From the NCBI RefSeq assembly GCF_001194135.2, contig NC_068986.1, forward strand, positions 31,500,875 to 31,564,874: a stretch of DNA of 64,000 bases, read 5' to 3'. How positions within the stretch are numbered: the stretch's first letter is position 1; every line of letters starts with the position of its first letter. The translations under genes and the position numbers were made by a program. Below are positions 26,901 through 38,679 of this stretch, in pieces. Source of the stretch: Octopus bimaculoides (lineage: Eukaryota). The notes beneath the pieces are model-generated. The model was not told the DNA's origin and made no database searches. It was given only the letters and a program-made list of their open reading frames with translations.

Positions 26901-29807
26901 GTGTAATCATCATTGTTTTAATGTCCATCAAATCCACTCATATGGCTTTGGTTAGTCTGGAGCTACTGTAGAAGAGACTTGCCTAAGGTGACATGCAGTG
27001 GGACTCAATCTGAAACTGTGTGGTTGGGAGAACAAACTTCTCAACCATACACACACCTGTGTGCATGTCATATCTCTATACCTGTTTGCACTGACACCAC
27101 TCAGTGATGATGACGTTCATGTTCCACATCATCATTGTTTAACGTCTGCCTTTCATGCTGGCATGGGTTGGACGGTTTGACAGGAGCTGGCTAGGCAGGC
27201 GCCTGCACCAGACTTTTGTGTCCGTTTTGGCAGTTTTTACGGTTGGATGTCCTTCCTAACACCAACCACTCAGCAGAGTGGACTACATAAACAAAATATC
27301 TGGCAGCTCAGTGATTTATGTGAAATCACAGAAAGAGAGAGAAAATTTAAAAAAATGCACAATTAAGTGTTGGCACCAGGAAGAGCATCCACTGTAGAGT
27401 ACTCCCACAATACATCTCATCCATGAAAAGAAAAGAAACAGATAAAAAAATGATGAGGAGTCAGCTGCTGATGATTTTCGTACCTTTAAAATGTTCAAAA
27501 CCGGTGTTGTTTCTGTTTTTATATTCTTCCTTCTTTTCTTTTTTCAATTTTGTTAGTTCTTTCAGTCTCCTTCAAAATTAGGAAAAGAGAAAAATTGATG
27601 AAATAGCAATAAATCAGTTGTTCTCAATCCATTTGATGCCTATTTTACTCAGGCGGACCCTCATAGCAATTAGATGCTTAAAAAGACCCCTACTGTATTT
27701 TTATAATCAAATATCAATAGGAATTGTATTAATAAAATTGTTAAAATGTTTTGTGTATTGTTCAATTTATTGCACATAAAACTTTAACAACAAAATCTTA
27801 TAGGTTTTTGCCATTCACTCCTTCCTCCTCCGCACTCTTTAATCACACTTCCTTCGCAATATCCAGTATAGTTGATTACCCCAACCCCACCCCATACATG
27901 ACTGGTGTCTTATTTTATCACCCACTGATAGGGTATTTGACTTTATTATAATGTTGAAGATAAAATTTGCCAAGATGAAAACAAGTTATTATGACATAAG
28001 TTATCAATCAAACCAAATTTCATTGAGAGAAAAGTTAATTTTTTTTTAATGTTTAATGAAGTGAAGAAATTGTCTCATTTAACGATTTATCATTCAAATT
28101 ACTCTGTCAAATGTAATGCTTATTTAATCACATTGTTTTCGATGAAGTGATCGTTTATTTTAAGAATGACATTGACAGGTAGGTGTGAGAGGTCAGATGT
28201 AGCTAGTTTAAATTTTGAAGGGTTAATACTCACTTCTTTTTGCTTGCTTTAATTACACGTTTGTTGTTTTTACCAGAATCGACATCTGCATATCGAATCT
28301 AAAAAAACAAACAAAAACAGATGAAAAACTGCACCACCATTACCATCCTTTCTTCCTTGCTTGCAGGAGTCAGATGGAATTTGTTGAGGAAGGTTTTTCT
28401 ACAGCTGGATGCCCTTCCTGTCACCAAGCAACGTAATTTTTTTCCCTTGGATGGATATGTTTATATGGAAGCTCGGAAACGAAAAATACCACTTGCATGA
28501 GGGTGACACTTGGTTTACAGCAATTACACAATATCAAGGACACACAGACTCACTCACACACACAATATATACATACATATATATGCATGACAGGCTTCTT
28601 TCAGTTTCCATCTATCAAATACCCTCACATATGTATGTATGTATTACAAATAGTTATGTGATAAGAGGACATTAATTATCAATTTAAACTGATCTTGGAA
28701 AGTATGAGCAGTAATTCCAGACATGTTCCAGTCTTATCAGACCTCTGAAAAGTACAACCATCACCAAACTTGCCAGATTAGTGACAAGCAAGTTTCTATA
28801 CTGATGATGTACAGTAATGTACTAATTGCTAATTAAAAGCATATAATAAAGCAGCACAAATTAATTAACAGAATGCACTTAATGAATAAAGTGATATGTT
28901 GTCAACTTAATGTGGCAGTCCCACAAAAGGGAAGAATGCTACTGCTATTTAGCCCTAGGAAACGTTTCCTGTTGGCCTTGACACATTTCCTGTGTCCTTA
29001 TGTTTTCAAACAGGGGAGATAAGCACCTCCACCCAGCAAAGCCAGCATCCAAAGACTAGTTTCAGTCATTGCTCATCATCAGTCTGGAGCAGCATGGCTT
29101 GCTAGCTGTCGATGCCTATCTGCCTTTGTAAACATATAATAATTCAAGTGAATAGTTCTACAACAACATATTATTGCCTAACATTTTCTAGACAAAATCT
29201 ATGAGGAAGTCATAAAGAAAAAAAAAAAAATCCACCATCCCCNNNNNNNNNNNNNNNNNNNNNNNNNNNNNNNNNNNNNNNNNNNNNNNNNNNNNNNNNN
29301 NNNNNNNNNNNNNNNNNNNNNNNNNNNNNNNNNNNNNNNNNNNNNNNNNNNNNNNNNNNNNNNNNNNNNNNNNNNNNNNNNNNNNNNNNNNNNNNNNNNN
29401 NNNNNNNNNNNNNNNNNNNNNNNNNNNNNNNNNNNNNNNNNNNNNNNNNNNNNNNNNNNNNNNNNNNNNNNNNNNNNNNNNNNNNNNNNNNNNNNNNNNN
29501 NNNNNNNNNNNNNNNNNNNNNNNNNNNNNNNNNNNNNNNNNNNNNNNNNNNNNNNNNNNNNNNNNNNNNNNNNNNNNNNNNNNNNNNNNNNNNNNNNNNN
29601 NNNNNNNNNNTGTTCAATATAAAGGATCAAATATATAAATACTTTCTTTCATGGTGCCATCCATTTTTATTTTATTTTATTTTATATTGTATATTGTATA
29701 TCATATTATATATTGTATATTCCATATTCTATACCCCACATTAGTTCTGCAGGAATATAAATAAAACATAAAAAACAGACAGTGTTGGAACTCTTTTAAG
29801 CAAAATA

Positions 29808-29841
<34 letters not shown>

Positions 29842-32800
29842 CTATGATTGTCCGCCCAACATCGCTTGACAACTGATGCTGGTGTGTTTACATCCCCGTA
29901 ACTTAGCGGTTCGGCAAAAGAGACCGACAGAATAAGAACTAGGCTTACAAAGAATATGTCCTGGGGTCGATTTGCTCAACTAAAGGCGGTGCTCCAGCAT
30001 GGCCACAGTCAAATGACTGAAACAAGTAAAAGAGTAAAGAGTATACCTTGTATTTATCAGACAATCTACTTTTCTCAAAGACTTTCTTCACTTCTTGCTT
30101 TGTCCTGTGTAGATAAGACCAGTCACTCTCTTCCTCTTTCTTGACCAGTGGGATATACATCGGTGCTGCTTCACTATCGGCAATCATCTGTGACTGCTTT
30201 TGTTTGTTTGGCTGCGGTTGTTTTACTTTCTTCTGTTTTACATTACCTACAACACCTGTAAAATGATTAATTAAAATACATATACATATATATATACATC
30301 ATTATCATTTACTATCCATCTTCTATGCAGGAATAAGTTTGACAATGTTAGAATGTTTACATTAAATACCACATCAACTTGTATGCCAGAAAATATGGTA
30401 GAGTGTGTGTGTGTGTGTATGTGTTACCCAGCACAGCCCTTGACTGTGTCACCCTCTGTCCCCCCCACCTGCTCCCTATATAGGCTTATACAGCTGACCC
30501 AAAAGTGGTGTCCCCCACCCTGCCACCTCAAAGAGCACATTCCAGGGAAGACTGCCTCCTTCATCCACACCAGTTATGCTTCAAGTTAGTTCTCATTTAA
30601 AGTTACTACGTTCGAGCGTGACCGTTACCAGCGTCGCGTTCCTGGCACTTGAAAAGTCATTTGAGTGAGATCATTGCCAGTGCCGCTGGACTGGCCCTTG
30701 TGCAGGTGGCATGTAAAATACACCATTTTGAGCGTGGTTGTTGCCAGTATTGCCAGACTGGCCTTCGTGCCAGTGGTACATAAAAGCACCTACTACACTC
30801 TTGGAGTGGTTGGCGTTAGGAAGGGCATCCAGCTGTAGAAACTCAGATTGGAGCCTGGTGTAGCCATCTGGTTCACCAGTCCTCAGTCAAATCGTCCAAC
30901 CCATGCTAGCATGGAAAGCGGACGTTAAACGAAACGACGAACCTATCCATATGAGTTGGAGAACCATGTTTTGTTGCTTGCATGTTTAATTTAGGTATTA
31001 ATCTTTATAAGATTTGTTCTTAGATACCTTTCTTACAATCCTTTCCAACTTTAGCATCAACAGTTCTTGGACTTTTAGTTTTTTTTTCCTCATACTGCTC
31101 TTTAAGTCGCATCATTTCTTTCCATATTCTAGGAACATGATCATCATCATTGTCTGGTGCCAAGTTTATGTTTTTCCTTTCACAACTGAAATTAGAAAAA
31201 TTACTCAAAGTTACAAGAGAGGCATAAACAAAGGAGAGATAGATAGACAGAGAGAAAGAAAGAAGTTGGAGGAGATAGCTTAAATGAAAACCATTGTACC
31301 ATGCCTTTCAACATCCGTTTCTCATGAAGGCATGGATAGAGCAGTTTGAGAGGAGCAGGCAAGTCGGAAGACTGCACTAAGCTCAACTGTCTGCTTTGGC
31401 ATGTTTTCTATGGCTAGATGCCCTTCTTAATGCCAACCATTTTACAGAGTGTACTGGGTTTTTTTTATATGGCACCAGCAGCAGTGAGGTCACCAATTGA
31501 ATTCCAAGACAAGACCCTCCAACTGGGGCTGGCGGGGTGGGGAAGTAGTACTGAGGGACAGAAATAAGTGTCTTGCAGAAGAGGAGAAACATGGCTATCC
31601 CAGGTGGAGAGTTATTGTGAAGAGAGAAATAAGATGGTGCAAATGTGACAGAGTGTACAACCAAGTTACTAGGAGGTGTGCATATAGTGAAGTAAACAGG
31701 TGATTAGAGAGGCAAGTGGTTGGGTGAGATTGTGAGAGTGGGGGATGGAGAGTAAAAAAAGGGTTACCTTCTTGAGTCATGTTGACTCATAAGGGCTGGT
31801 TTCCTGATTTCCATGGTGTATACATTCCTCACCTGGACAGGACACCAGTCCCTCACAGGGTAACTCATTTTTCTCAGCTGAGTAGACTGGAGCAATGCAA
31901 AATGAAGTGTTTTGCTTAAGAACACAATGCATCACTCGGTCCAGGAACTGAAACCACAACCTTATGATCACAAGTCCAACACCCTAACCACCAAGCCATG
32001 TGCCTCCCCGGGGCCAGGAGGGAGTATTAGAAGGATAGGTTGTGAGGAAGACATTTGACAGGGACACACAGTGTGCAGATAGTTTTGTGAGGGGGGGGAG
32101 ATGGGATGTTGGGAACAGACTGCCTGTTGGGGCTGGGGCATAAAAGACATGCCTTTATGACCTCAATTTTACTTAGTTTGATGGGCTTCGGAAACACAGC
32201 AAATTGCCAATTGTCATCTCCTCACCACTTTATCCCATGTCTTTCTCTTCCACAGGATCCCTCCACTTTTAGAAACTGGCACTTCTTCATGCAGCTGTTG
32301 ACATTCAAATACATCACATGACCATACTAGCACAGTCTTCTCTCTTGTACATTTTTTTCTGATGCTTCTTATACCTGATTTTTCTCCCAGGTATAAGAGG
32401 CATCAGTACCAGTTAACCACTCAGCTCAATTACACTCTCTCCTCTCAAATGAGTGACTGTGCGTAAGTTAGAAATCATTGTTACAATAACGAATTTTTTT
32501 ATTTAAAAAACCCCCAGTAAAGTCACATTTAAGTAGTTCTGATTGCCCAAACTCTGTAAACTTCACATTCTAATTAAATTATGTTATTAACGTTGCGTTT
32601 CATTAATTGTTACAACGCTTAAAGCGTTTTTTTGTTGGTTTCTACTGAATTTTCATGATTTTCATTCGTTGGATCCGCATGAATTCAACTCGCTTAAGTA
32701 TATCTTCGAAGGGCTATTTCCAAAATATAACAACTCTCCTTACGGCACACATGAATTTTGTGAATTTAATTAACTGATCATTACATTTTTACTGACGTAG

Positions 32801-33186
32801 ACGATCACTGGTTAACTCTGGTTCTAATTTTCTTTCTTTTCCAACAATCAAAATAAAGATGTACAGCGTATGTAGCATTATTGGCCCAGGGAATGTTAGG
32901 TGTGGTCGACAGGCTTCGTATTTAGCTGTTCAAAATAATTTACCGGATCTTATATCTTTGGAGTTTTCTGATCAAGATGAACTTTATAAAATCCTAGCCA
33001 TGCTTTCTTAAAATCTTAAAGCACAGATGGCTTTATTGCTCATAATAGTTGAGTAAAGTAATAATAATAAAAAAAGAACACTTACATATTTTTTCTGTCA
33101 CCCGTATAGAAAGGATCAATTGCTTTAATTTTATTATGTTTCTTGCTTTTTTTCAATTTAAATTGACTTTTATTATGAGTTGCCAT
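23958..33186 (-). CDS. CCDC137: Coiled-coil domain-containing protein 137 (about 315 aa). Exons 33186-33086, 31185-31028, 30255-30047, 28298-28234, 27569-27484, 26137-26052, 24200-23958.
   Basis: Seven GT-AG-bounded exons join in phase (948 nt, ATG to TAA). Recognisable motifs: KIKAIDPFYTGDRK; NLAPDNDDDHVPRIWKEMMRLK; EEESDWSYLHRTKQE; DEVVFGEVAMAPPVIKAKPRK (human TVKFGEVVLQPPELTARP); LSLAKQSMLSEERERVVKLYREMK (human SLARQRIVEEERERAVQAYRALK). Confidence 0.87.
29041..29098 (-). ncRNA. Degenerate minimal type I hammerhead-ribozyme motif (Penelope-like element remnant)
   Basis: The minus strand reads gcca-tgct-gc-tccaga CTGATGA tgagcaatgact GAAAC TA GTC tttgga-t-gc-tggc. Stem I pairs and helix III is the palindromic ACTAGT, but stem II is broken. 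Confidence 0.5.
29243..29610. other. Assembly gap (others at 36252-36673, 49542-49558, 52258-52411, 63167-63377)
   Basis: Runs of N. Confidence 1.
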
Positions 33187-33610
33187 TATAACATGTGAAC
33201 ATGTGCTAACCGGTGAATAAGTAGCAAATTATACCGTGGTTTTATGACCAGATCTATAACTTATAAATATCTACGACCTGCTGTATTTATCTGCTAAAAA
33301 TTTACAAAACACCTAAATTTGAAATATATTTTTTTATAAAAATCATCGTTTAAGATTTACTACAGTAAAAATTAATTTATTTCATGTTTTTAAAGAAATA
33401 AACGGCTGGAATTACTTTCAACAACGAACACCGTTTTCCTTAATTTTCATTGGTTGCTCGGATAATTTGTATTTATCAAGCGCTAAATTCAATCTCTTGG
33501 GTTTTGGATACTTTAAACCATTAATTTTGTAAGTGTTTTCTTATTATATTCAGCAATAGAAGTATTATTTGGTAATTACGATAATCTATACCTTACCAAT
33601 TAAAAAAAAA
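33187..33610. promoter_or_regulatory. Putative bidirectional promoter region between CCDC137 (-) and SPC24 (+)
   Basis: The genes are arranged head-to-head. CCAAT motifs occur near 33449 (reverse) and 33596, and a GTAAGT donor-like site at 33529 on + could end a 5' UTR exon. The TSS cannot be determined from sequence. Confidence 0.4.
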
Positions 33611-34946
33611 AGAGAAGGAGACGAAAAATTTATCTGTTTTCTTTATATATGTTAATTGCAAAAAAGGTTGACCAGGATTCCGTTGAAGGAGTAAATGATG
33701 TAATTATGACAACGTAATTAATTATTTGAAATCATCTCCTTATCATATTGAAACATAATTATCGTCAATGTTTTAGAAATAATACAATCTCTAATCGATT
33801 TTGGTAAATGTATGTTTATATTCCATTTGAATACGTAAAGAAACGAAAAGAAAACAATCGGTTTGCTGTGATAGGTATTTGAATGTTATTTGCAAACAAC
33901 TTATAAATGACTATTTTAGTCTTTTTGTTTAAACTGACTTGTATTTTTTTTAAAATATGTTTTTGGAGAATTTTAACAGCGGGCGGTTACAAATTGAAAT
34001 ATCCTTAAAACTTTGCTTCAGCTCAAGTTTCCTACCCCTGCCTTTTTTTGAATGTTCTATCTGCTAGCCTATTTTTTGAAGTTTCCCCTCCTTCTTCCGA
34101 ATATTATATTCAACAGTGTAAGTATTATTTGGTAATTACGATAATTTATATCCTACCAATGAAAAAGCAAAAGCAAAAACAAAAAAAAATGAGCTTGGGG
34201 TGGGAGGTTGGTGGGGAAAAGTGTTGAAGTGACGGAACTCTAAAAATATTTTTATCAACATAATTGTAATCAACAACACTCGAAGACGTGTCTTTGCAAA
34301 AGAACAAAAAACCAAAAAAAAAAAAACAAAGTATAGGCACAGGCAAGAAGGTTACATCCGAACCATATGGTTCCGGGTTCAGTTCCACTGCGTGGCACCT
34401 TAGGCCCCAAGTTTTTTTTTTTAAATGCATTTTTCAAGGAGAGGTGCGAAACTGCATTAGCCTCGGCAAGTGTCTTTTACGATTTGGTAGACGGAAACTG
34501 AAAGAAGCCCGTCGTTCTCGATTATACGTCGGTTTTCAAAAATAAAATATGGAAAAATGAAAATCAAGTTCAGTCATTTTACTCGACTTTACGTCTGTCC
34601 GCCACAAATACTGGAATCGTAAAATCACTAGAAAACCGTTAAAAGCACATAAAATCATGTTACTGTACAATAAGTAAGAGTAAAAGCATATAAAATCATA
34701 TTAAATTACGTAAGTAAATGTTAAGATACACACCATAAAGTAGTGTAGCTCAGTGAACGAAATCACAAAATCAGCTGTGTTGTCTTATTTATCGGTCTTT
34801 CGGAGCTTGTTTTGCACTGTAGTTCCAATATCTATCGTTAACCGTCATTGTCACTTGTGATACCTGCAATTGTTTTGAATTCAGATTTGTTTACGTCTGT
34901 TTATCGGCTACTTTCTCATTCATCTGTAACTTTATTTTTTAGCCCC

Positions 34947-35120
34947 ATGGGTCCTAAGAAAATTCATAGTGAAAGTGCTAAACATCATGCTATAACGCTG
35001 GAAGATAAACTGGTTATGATAAAGCACCGTGAAAAAGTGGTAGCAATTGCACGATCTTTTGGGACGAGTTGGACAATTGTATTGATGATTGTACATAATA
35101 CGGACAAAATTTTAGCACAC
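34947..35120 (+). mobile_element. Tigger/pogo-family transposase N-terminal HTH remnant
   Basis: MGPKKIHSESAKHHAITLEDKLVMIKHREKVVAIARSFGTSWTIVLMIVHNTDKILAH resembles the psq/CENP-B-type HTH start of Tigger transposases (MxPKK...ITLExK...VxxIARxxGxSxSTVxTIxKNxxKI). Confidence 0.7.
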
Positions 35121-35276
35121 ATGGTTTTTATTAACTATGTATTATTGAAAATGCACTCGTTAATAAAGTACAGAACTAGGAATGGTTATTATTGGTTTAG
35201 CCTAGAGACAAGTTAGTTTGACTTAAGTCATGCCTCCTGGAACCTATTAACGACATAGGGTGAGGTATGCCTGTAT

Positions 35277-35325
<49 letters not shown>

Positions 35326-35408
35326 GAATTTACAAAAAACCAAAAGACTGAGACGGGTGTTAAACAACAGACAGATGTATTAGTTTAACGCTCAGGAAGT
35401 GAGAAAGG

Positions 35409-35461
<53 letters not shown>

Positions 35462-37384
35462 CACACACACGTGTGTGTGTCTATGTTTGTTTCCCACCAT
35501 CACTTGACAACCGATGTTGGTGTGTTTATGTCCTTGTAACTTAGCAGTTTGGCAAAAGAGACCAATAGAGTAATAGAGCTTACGAACAATAAATCCTGGG
35601 GTTGATTTCTTTGACTAAGTAAATGAATAATAGAATATGGTAATCATCATCATCGTTGTCCTTCAATGTTCACCTTCCATGCTGGCATGGGTGGGACAAT
35701 TTGACAGGAGTCGGCCTAGCAGAAGCCTGCACCAGACTTCACTGACTGTTTTGGCAGGATTTTTACAGCTGGATGCCCTTCCTAACACCAACCACCCAGC
35801 AGAGTGGACTTAGTGCTTTTTATGTGGCACAAGCACAGGCGAGGTCAGATCTAACAGTGGCATTGTTCATTTTGTATGTGTGCATGTGGTGAATGCTCTT
35901 GTGTAGAGTGAGAAAAAGATCTATGTTTTAGGTTAGATTCAAATGTTATTTAATTCATCAGTCACCTTATTCCAGGTAAGTAAACGACAGTAGGCTATGA
36001 GAAAACTAATTATGCCTAGAAAACCTCTCTCTCTCGCTGGTGAACAGTTTTGCTGGAAATGTTATCAAATGTTGAAGAAGCAATTTTTATATGGCTGTGT
36101 GGTAAGAGGCTTGCTTCCCAACCATATAATTCCAGGTTCAGTCCCACTGTGCAGCACCTTGGACAAGTGCCTTCTACTATATCCTTGGGCCAGCCAAAGC
36201 CTTGTGAACAGATTTGGTAAATGGAAACTGAAAGAAGCCCATTGTATATATNNNNNNNNNNNNNNNNNNNNNNNNNNNNNNNNNNNNNNNNNNNNNNNNN
36301 NNNNNNNNNNNNNNNNNNNNNNNNNNNNNNNNNNNNNNNNNNNNNNNNNNNNNNNNNNNNNNNNNNNNNNNNNNNNNNNNNNNNNNNNNNNNNNNNNNNN
36401 NNNNNNNNNNNNNNNNNNNNNNNNNNNNNNNNNNNNNNNNNNNNNNNNNNNNNNNNNNNNNNNNNNNNNNNNNNNNNNNNNNNNNNNNNNNNNNNNNNNN
36501 NNNNNNNNNNNNNNNNNNNNNNNNNNNNNNNNNNNNNNNNNNNNNNNNNNNNNNNNNNNNNNNNNNNNNNNNNNNNNNNNNNNNNNNNNNNNNNNNNNNN
36601 NNNNNNNNNNNNNNNNNNNNNNNNNNNNNNNNNNNNNNNNNNNNNNNNNNNNNNNNNNNNNNNNNNNNNNNNNCCATCATCAAATCTGTTTTAGTTGAAA
36701 TATTCTACCAGTTTATGAATGTTATATTATATATAATTATACAATAATATATTTTAATTTTGAAGAAGCATTTCATGCGTGTTGGATTTCCAATTCATTT
36801 AACCCTTTAGCATTCAGATTATTTTGTCGAATGTAATGCTTATTTATTCATTGTTTTGACTTCATCATGCATTATCTCATAGCTTTGAGATTTTGATGAT
36901 CTAATTTATTTTTAGAATGACATTGTAAAGTAGGTGTGAGAGGCTGGATCTGGCCAGTTTGAACATAAAACATGTAGACTATTTGGGTTGGATATGGCCA
37001 GTTTAAATGCTGAAGAGCTATATAACGAGATGAAAAACAGAAATTTTGATGGTGCCCTAATATGGCTACAGTCAAATGACTGAAACCTGGTGCAGCTCCA
37101 GTCCAACTGTGAAACCCCCATACTAGTATGGAGAGCGGACATCAACTAATGACACAAATTGTTCTGTTTGCAGCACCATTTGCAACTGATTTCATATTGC
37201 ACAAACATAGCTAGACTCCACCAAACCTTTCCATATCTTACCATTGTGTATACATATACACCAGGTACAAAAAAAGGATGTCCAATCATTCCAAGCCAAT
37301 AAAGCTACCAACCCTGGTAATGTCTCTTCCATCTATTTCAAACAGCGTTCTCTAGATCCTGCACCCCCAATCCTAACTAAACTT

Positions 37385-37660
37385 GCCAACCTCTCTCTCC
37401 CTCCCTTTCACCCACTCACTTTCTATCTCTCTTTTGCTCTCGCCCTCCCTCCCTCCCATTTTGCTCTCTCTCTCCCCCTTTCGCTGTCTGTCTGTCTCTG
37501 TCGGTCTCTGTTTGTCTGTCTGTCTCTCCCTCCCTCCCCTTTTGCTCTCTCTCTCTCTCTCTCTCTCCCCCTTTTGCTCGCCCTCTCCCCTTTTGCTCTC
37601 TGTTTCTCTCTCTCTCTCCCTTTCGCTGTCTGTCTGTCTCCCCCCTCCCTCCCTCTCCAG
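37385..37660. repeat. Complex (CT)n/(CTGT)n low-complexity tract
   Basis: A pyrimidine mosaic that produces the spurious LSLS/ERER ORFs. Confidence 0.95.
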
Positions 37661-38304
37661 TGTATCCTGATCATAGGCAGATTGCAGCCTGCAGGACTTT
37701 CTGAATGTCTTGCCTAATGAAAAATCACCTCCAGTTTTCTTAACAGTGCAGCCTACCTGACAATGAGCCACACCTCATGTGGTCTGCTTTCCATAACAGG
37801 TTGCCTGTGCCTGGTGCATTTTATTCCCAAGAAGGAAATACCTTTCAGACCTCATCACCCTCTCACTTTGAAAATGATGGTAACAGTTGCTAACAAACAC
37901 CTTGGTTCTCTCTTCTTCAACAATGACCACTAGTATGATGGTACCATTTGAGTGAGATTTTGGTTGCTATTTCTAGTAGGTTAAATGATTGCATAGAAGC
38001 TCTCTTGTTACTTTCTTTTCCGTTTTTCCCTCACTAGCATCGATTTTCAGCTAGTCAAGCTGAACAACAAACCGCATCCACCTGAATTGTCATTGAGGAC
38101 CTGTAAAGATCATGAGTGCAGTTTTTTTTTTACTTGACTGAAACCCTTAAGAAAATAAAACCCTAAAAAGATGGGATGGTCGTGTGTGACATTCCTTTGA
38201 TTGTAGGCCTACTCAATTAGAGTTGACCTGGGAATAAACAACAAAATATAAGAGGATATTTGTGATGATGGTAGTGGTGGTGGTCATGTTGATTATTTTT
38301 GTGC

Positions 38305-38606
38305 GCCCTTTTAAAGCCTAACCAGGCTCATAGGCCTGGTTTCCCAGTTTCTATGGCATATGTGTTCCCCACCAGCTGGACGGGACGCCAGTCCATCGCA
38401 GCTTTACTCAAGAAACAGGAAGAAAGAGTGAGAGAAAGTTGGGGCGAAAGAGTACAACAGAGGTCGCCACCACCCCCTACCGGAGCCTCGTGGAGCTTTT
38501 AGGTGTTTTCGCTCAATAAATACACACAACGCCCGGTCTGGGAATTGAAACTACGATCCTCCAACCGTGAGTCTGTTGCCCTAAACACTGGGCCATTGCG
38601 CCTCCA
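38305..38606 (-). mobile_element. tRNA-headed SINE (variant 3' end), reverse orientation
   Basis: It is the reverse complement of tggaggcgcaatggcccagtg...cacctaaagctccacgaggctccgg and shares its 5' half with 38984-39350. Confidence 0.8.
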
Positions 38607-38679
38607 CCATGTTGATTATGACAACAGCAAAAGTAAAATTGCTGCTGATGATTTTTTTCCTTTTTGATATTTTTTTCAG

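Noticed and set aside
29199-29630. Long ORFs here and at 35997-36698, 52120-52467 and 62888-63447
   Set aside because: They are open only because they span N-gaps.
31020-31027. GTATCT donor of CCDC137 intron 2 as U12-type
   Set aside because: It lacks the CCTT of GTATCCTT, and its acceptor has a U2-type pyrimidine tract without CCTTAAC.
32859-33011. 50-aa plus-strand ORF (…DLISLEFSDQDELYKIL…) as SPC24 exon 1
   Set aside because: It ends in a stop with no usable donor and lies antisense inside CCDC137 intron 1. The resemblance to Spc24 is only impressionistic.
35905-35981. Strong CAG|GTAAGT donor as an SPC24 coding exon
   Set aside because: The phase needed to join 38680 has an in-frame stop just upstream, and there is no homology.
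37244-37771. Several 83-157-aa ORFs on both strands
   Set aside because: They are products of the (CT)n/(CTGT)n tract (LSLS/ERER low complexity).
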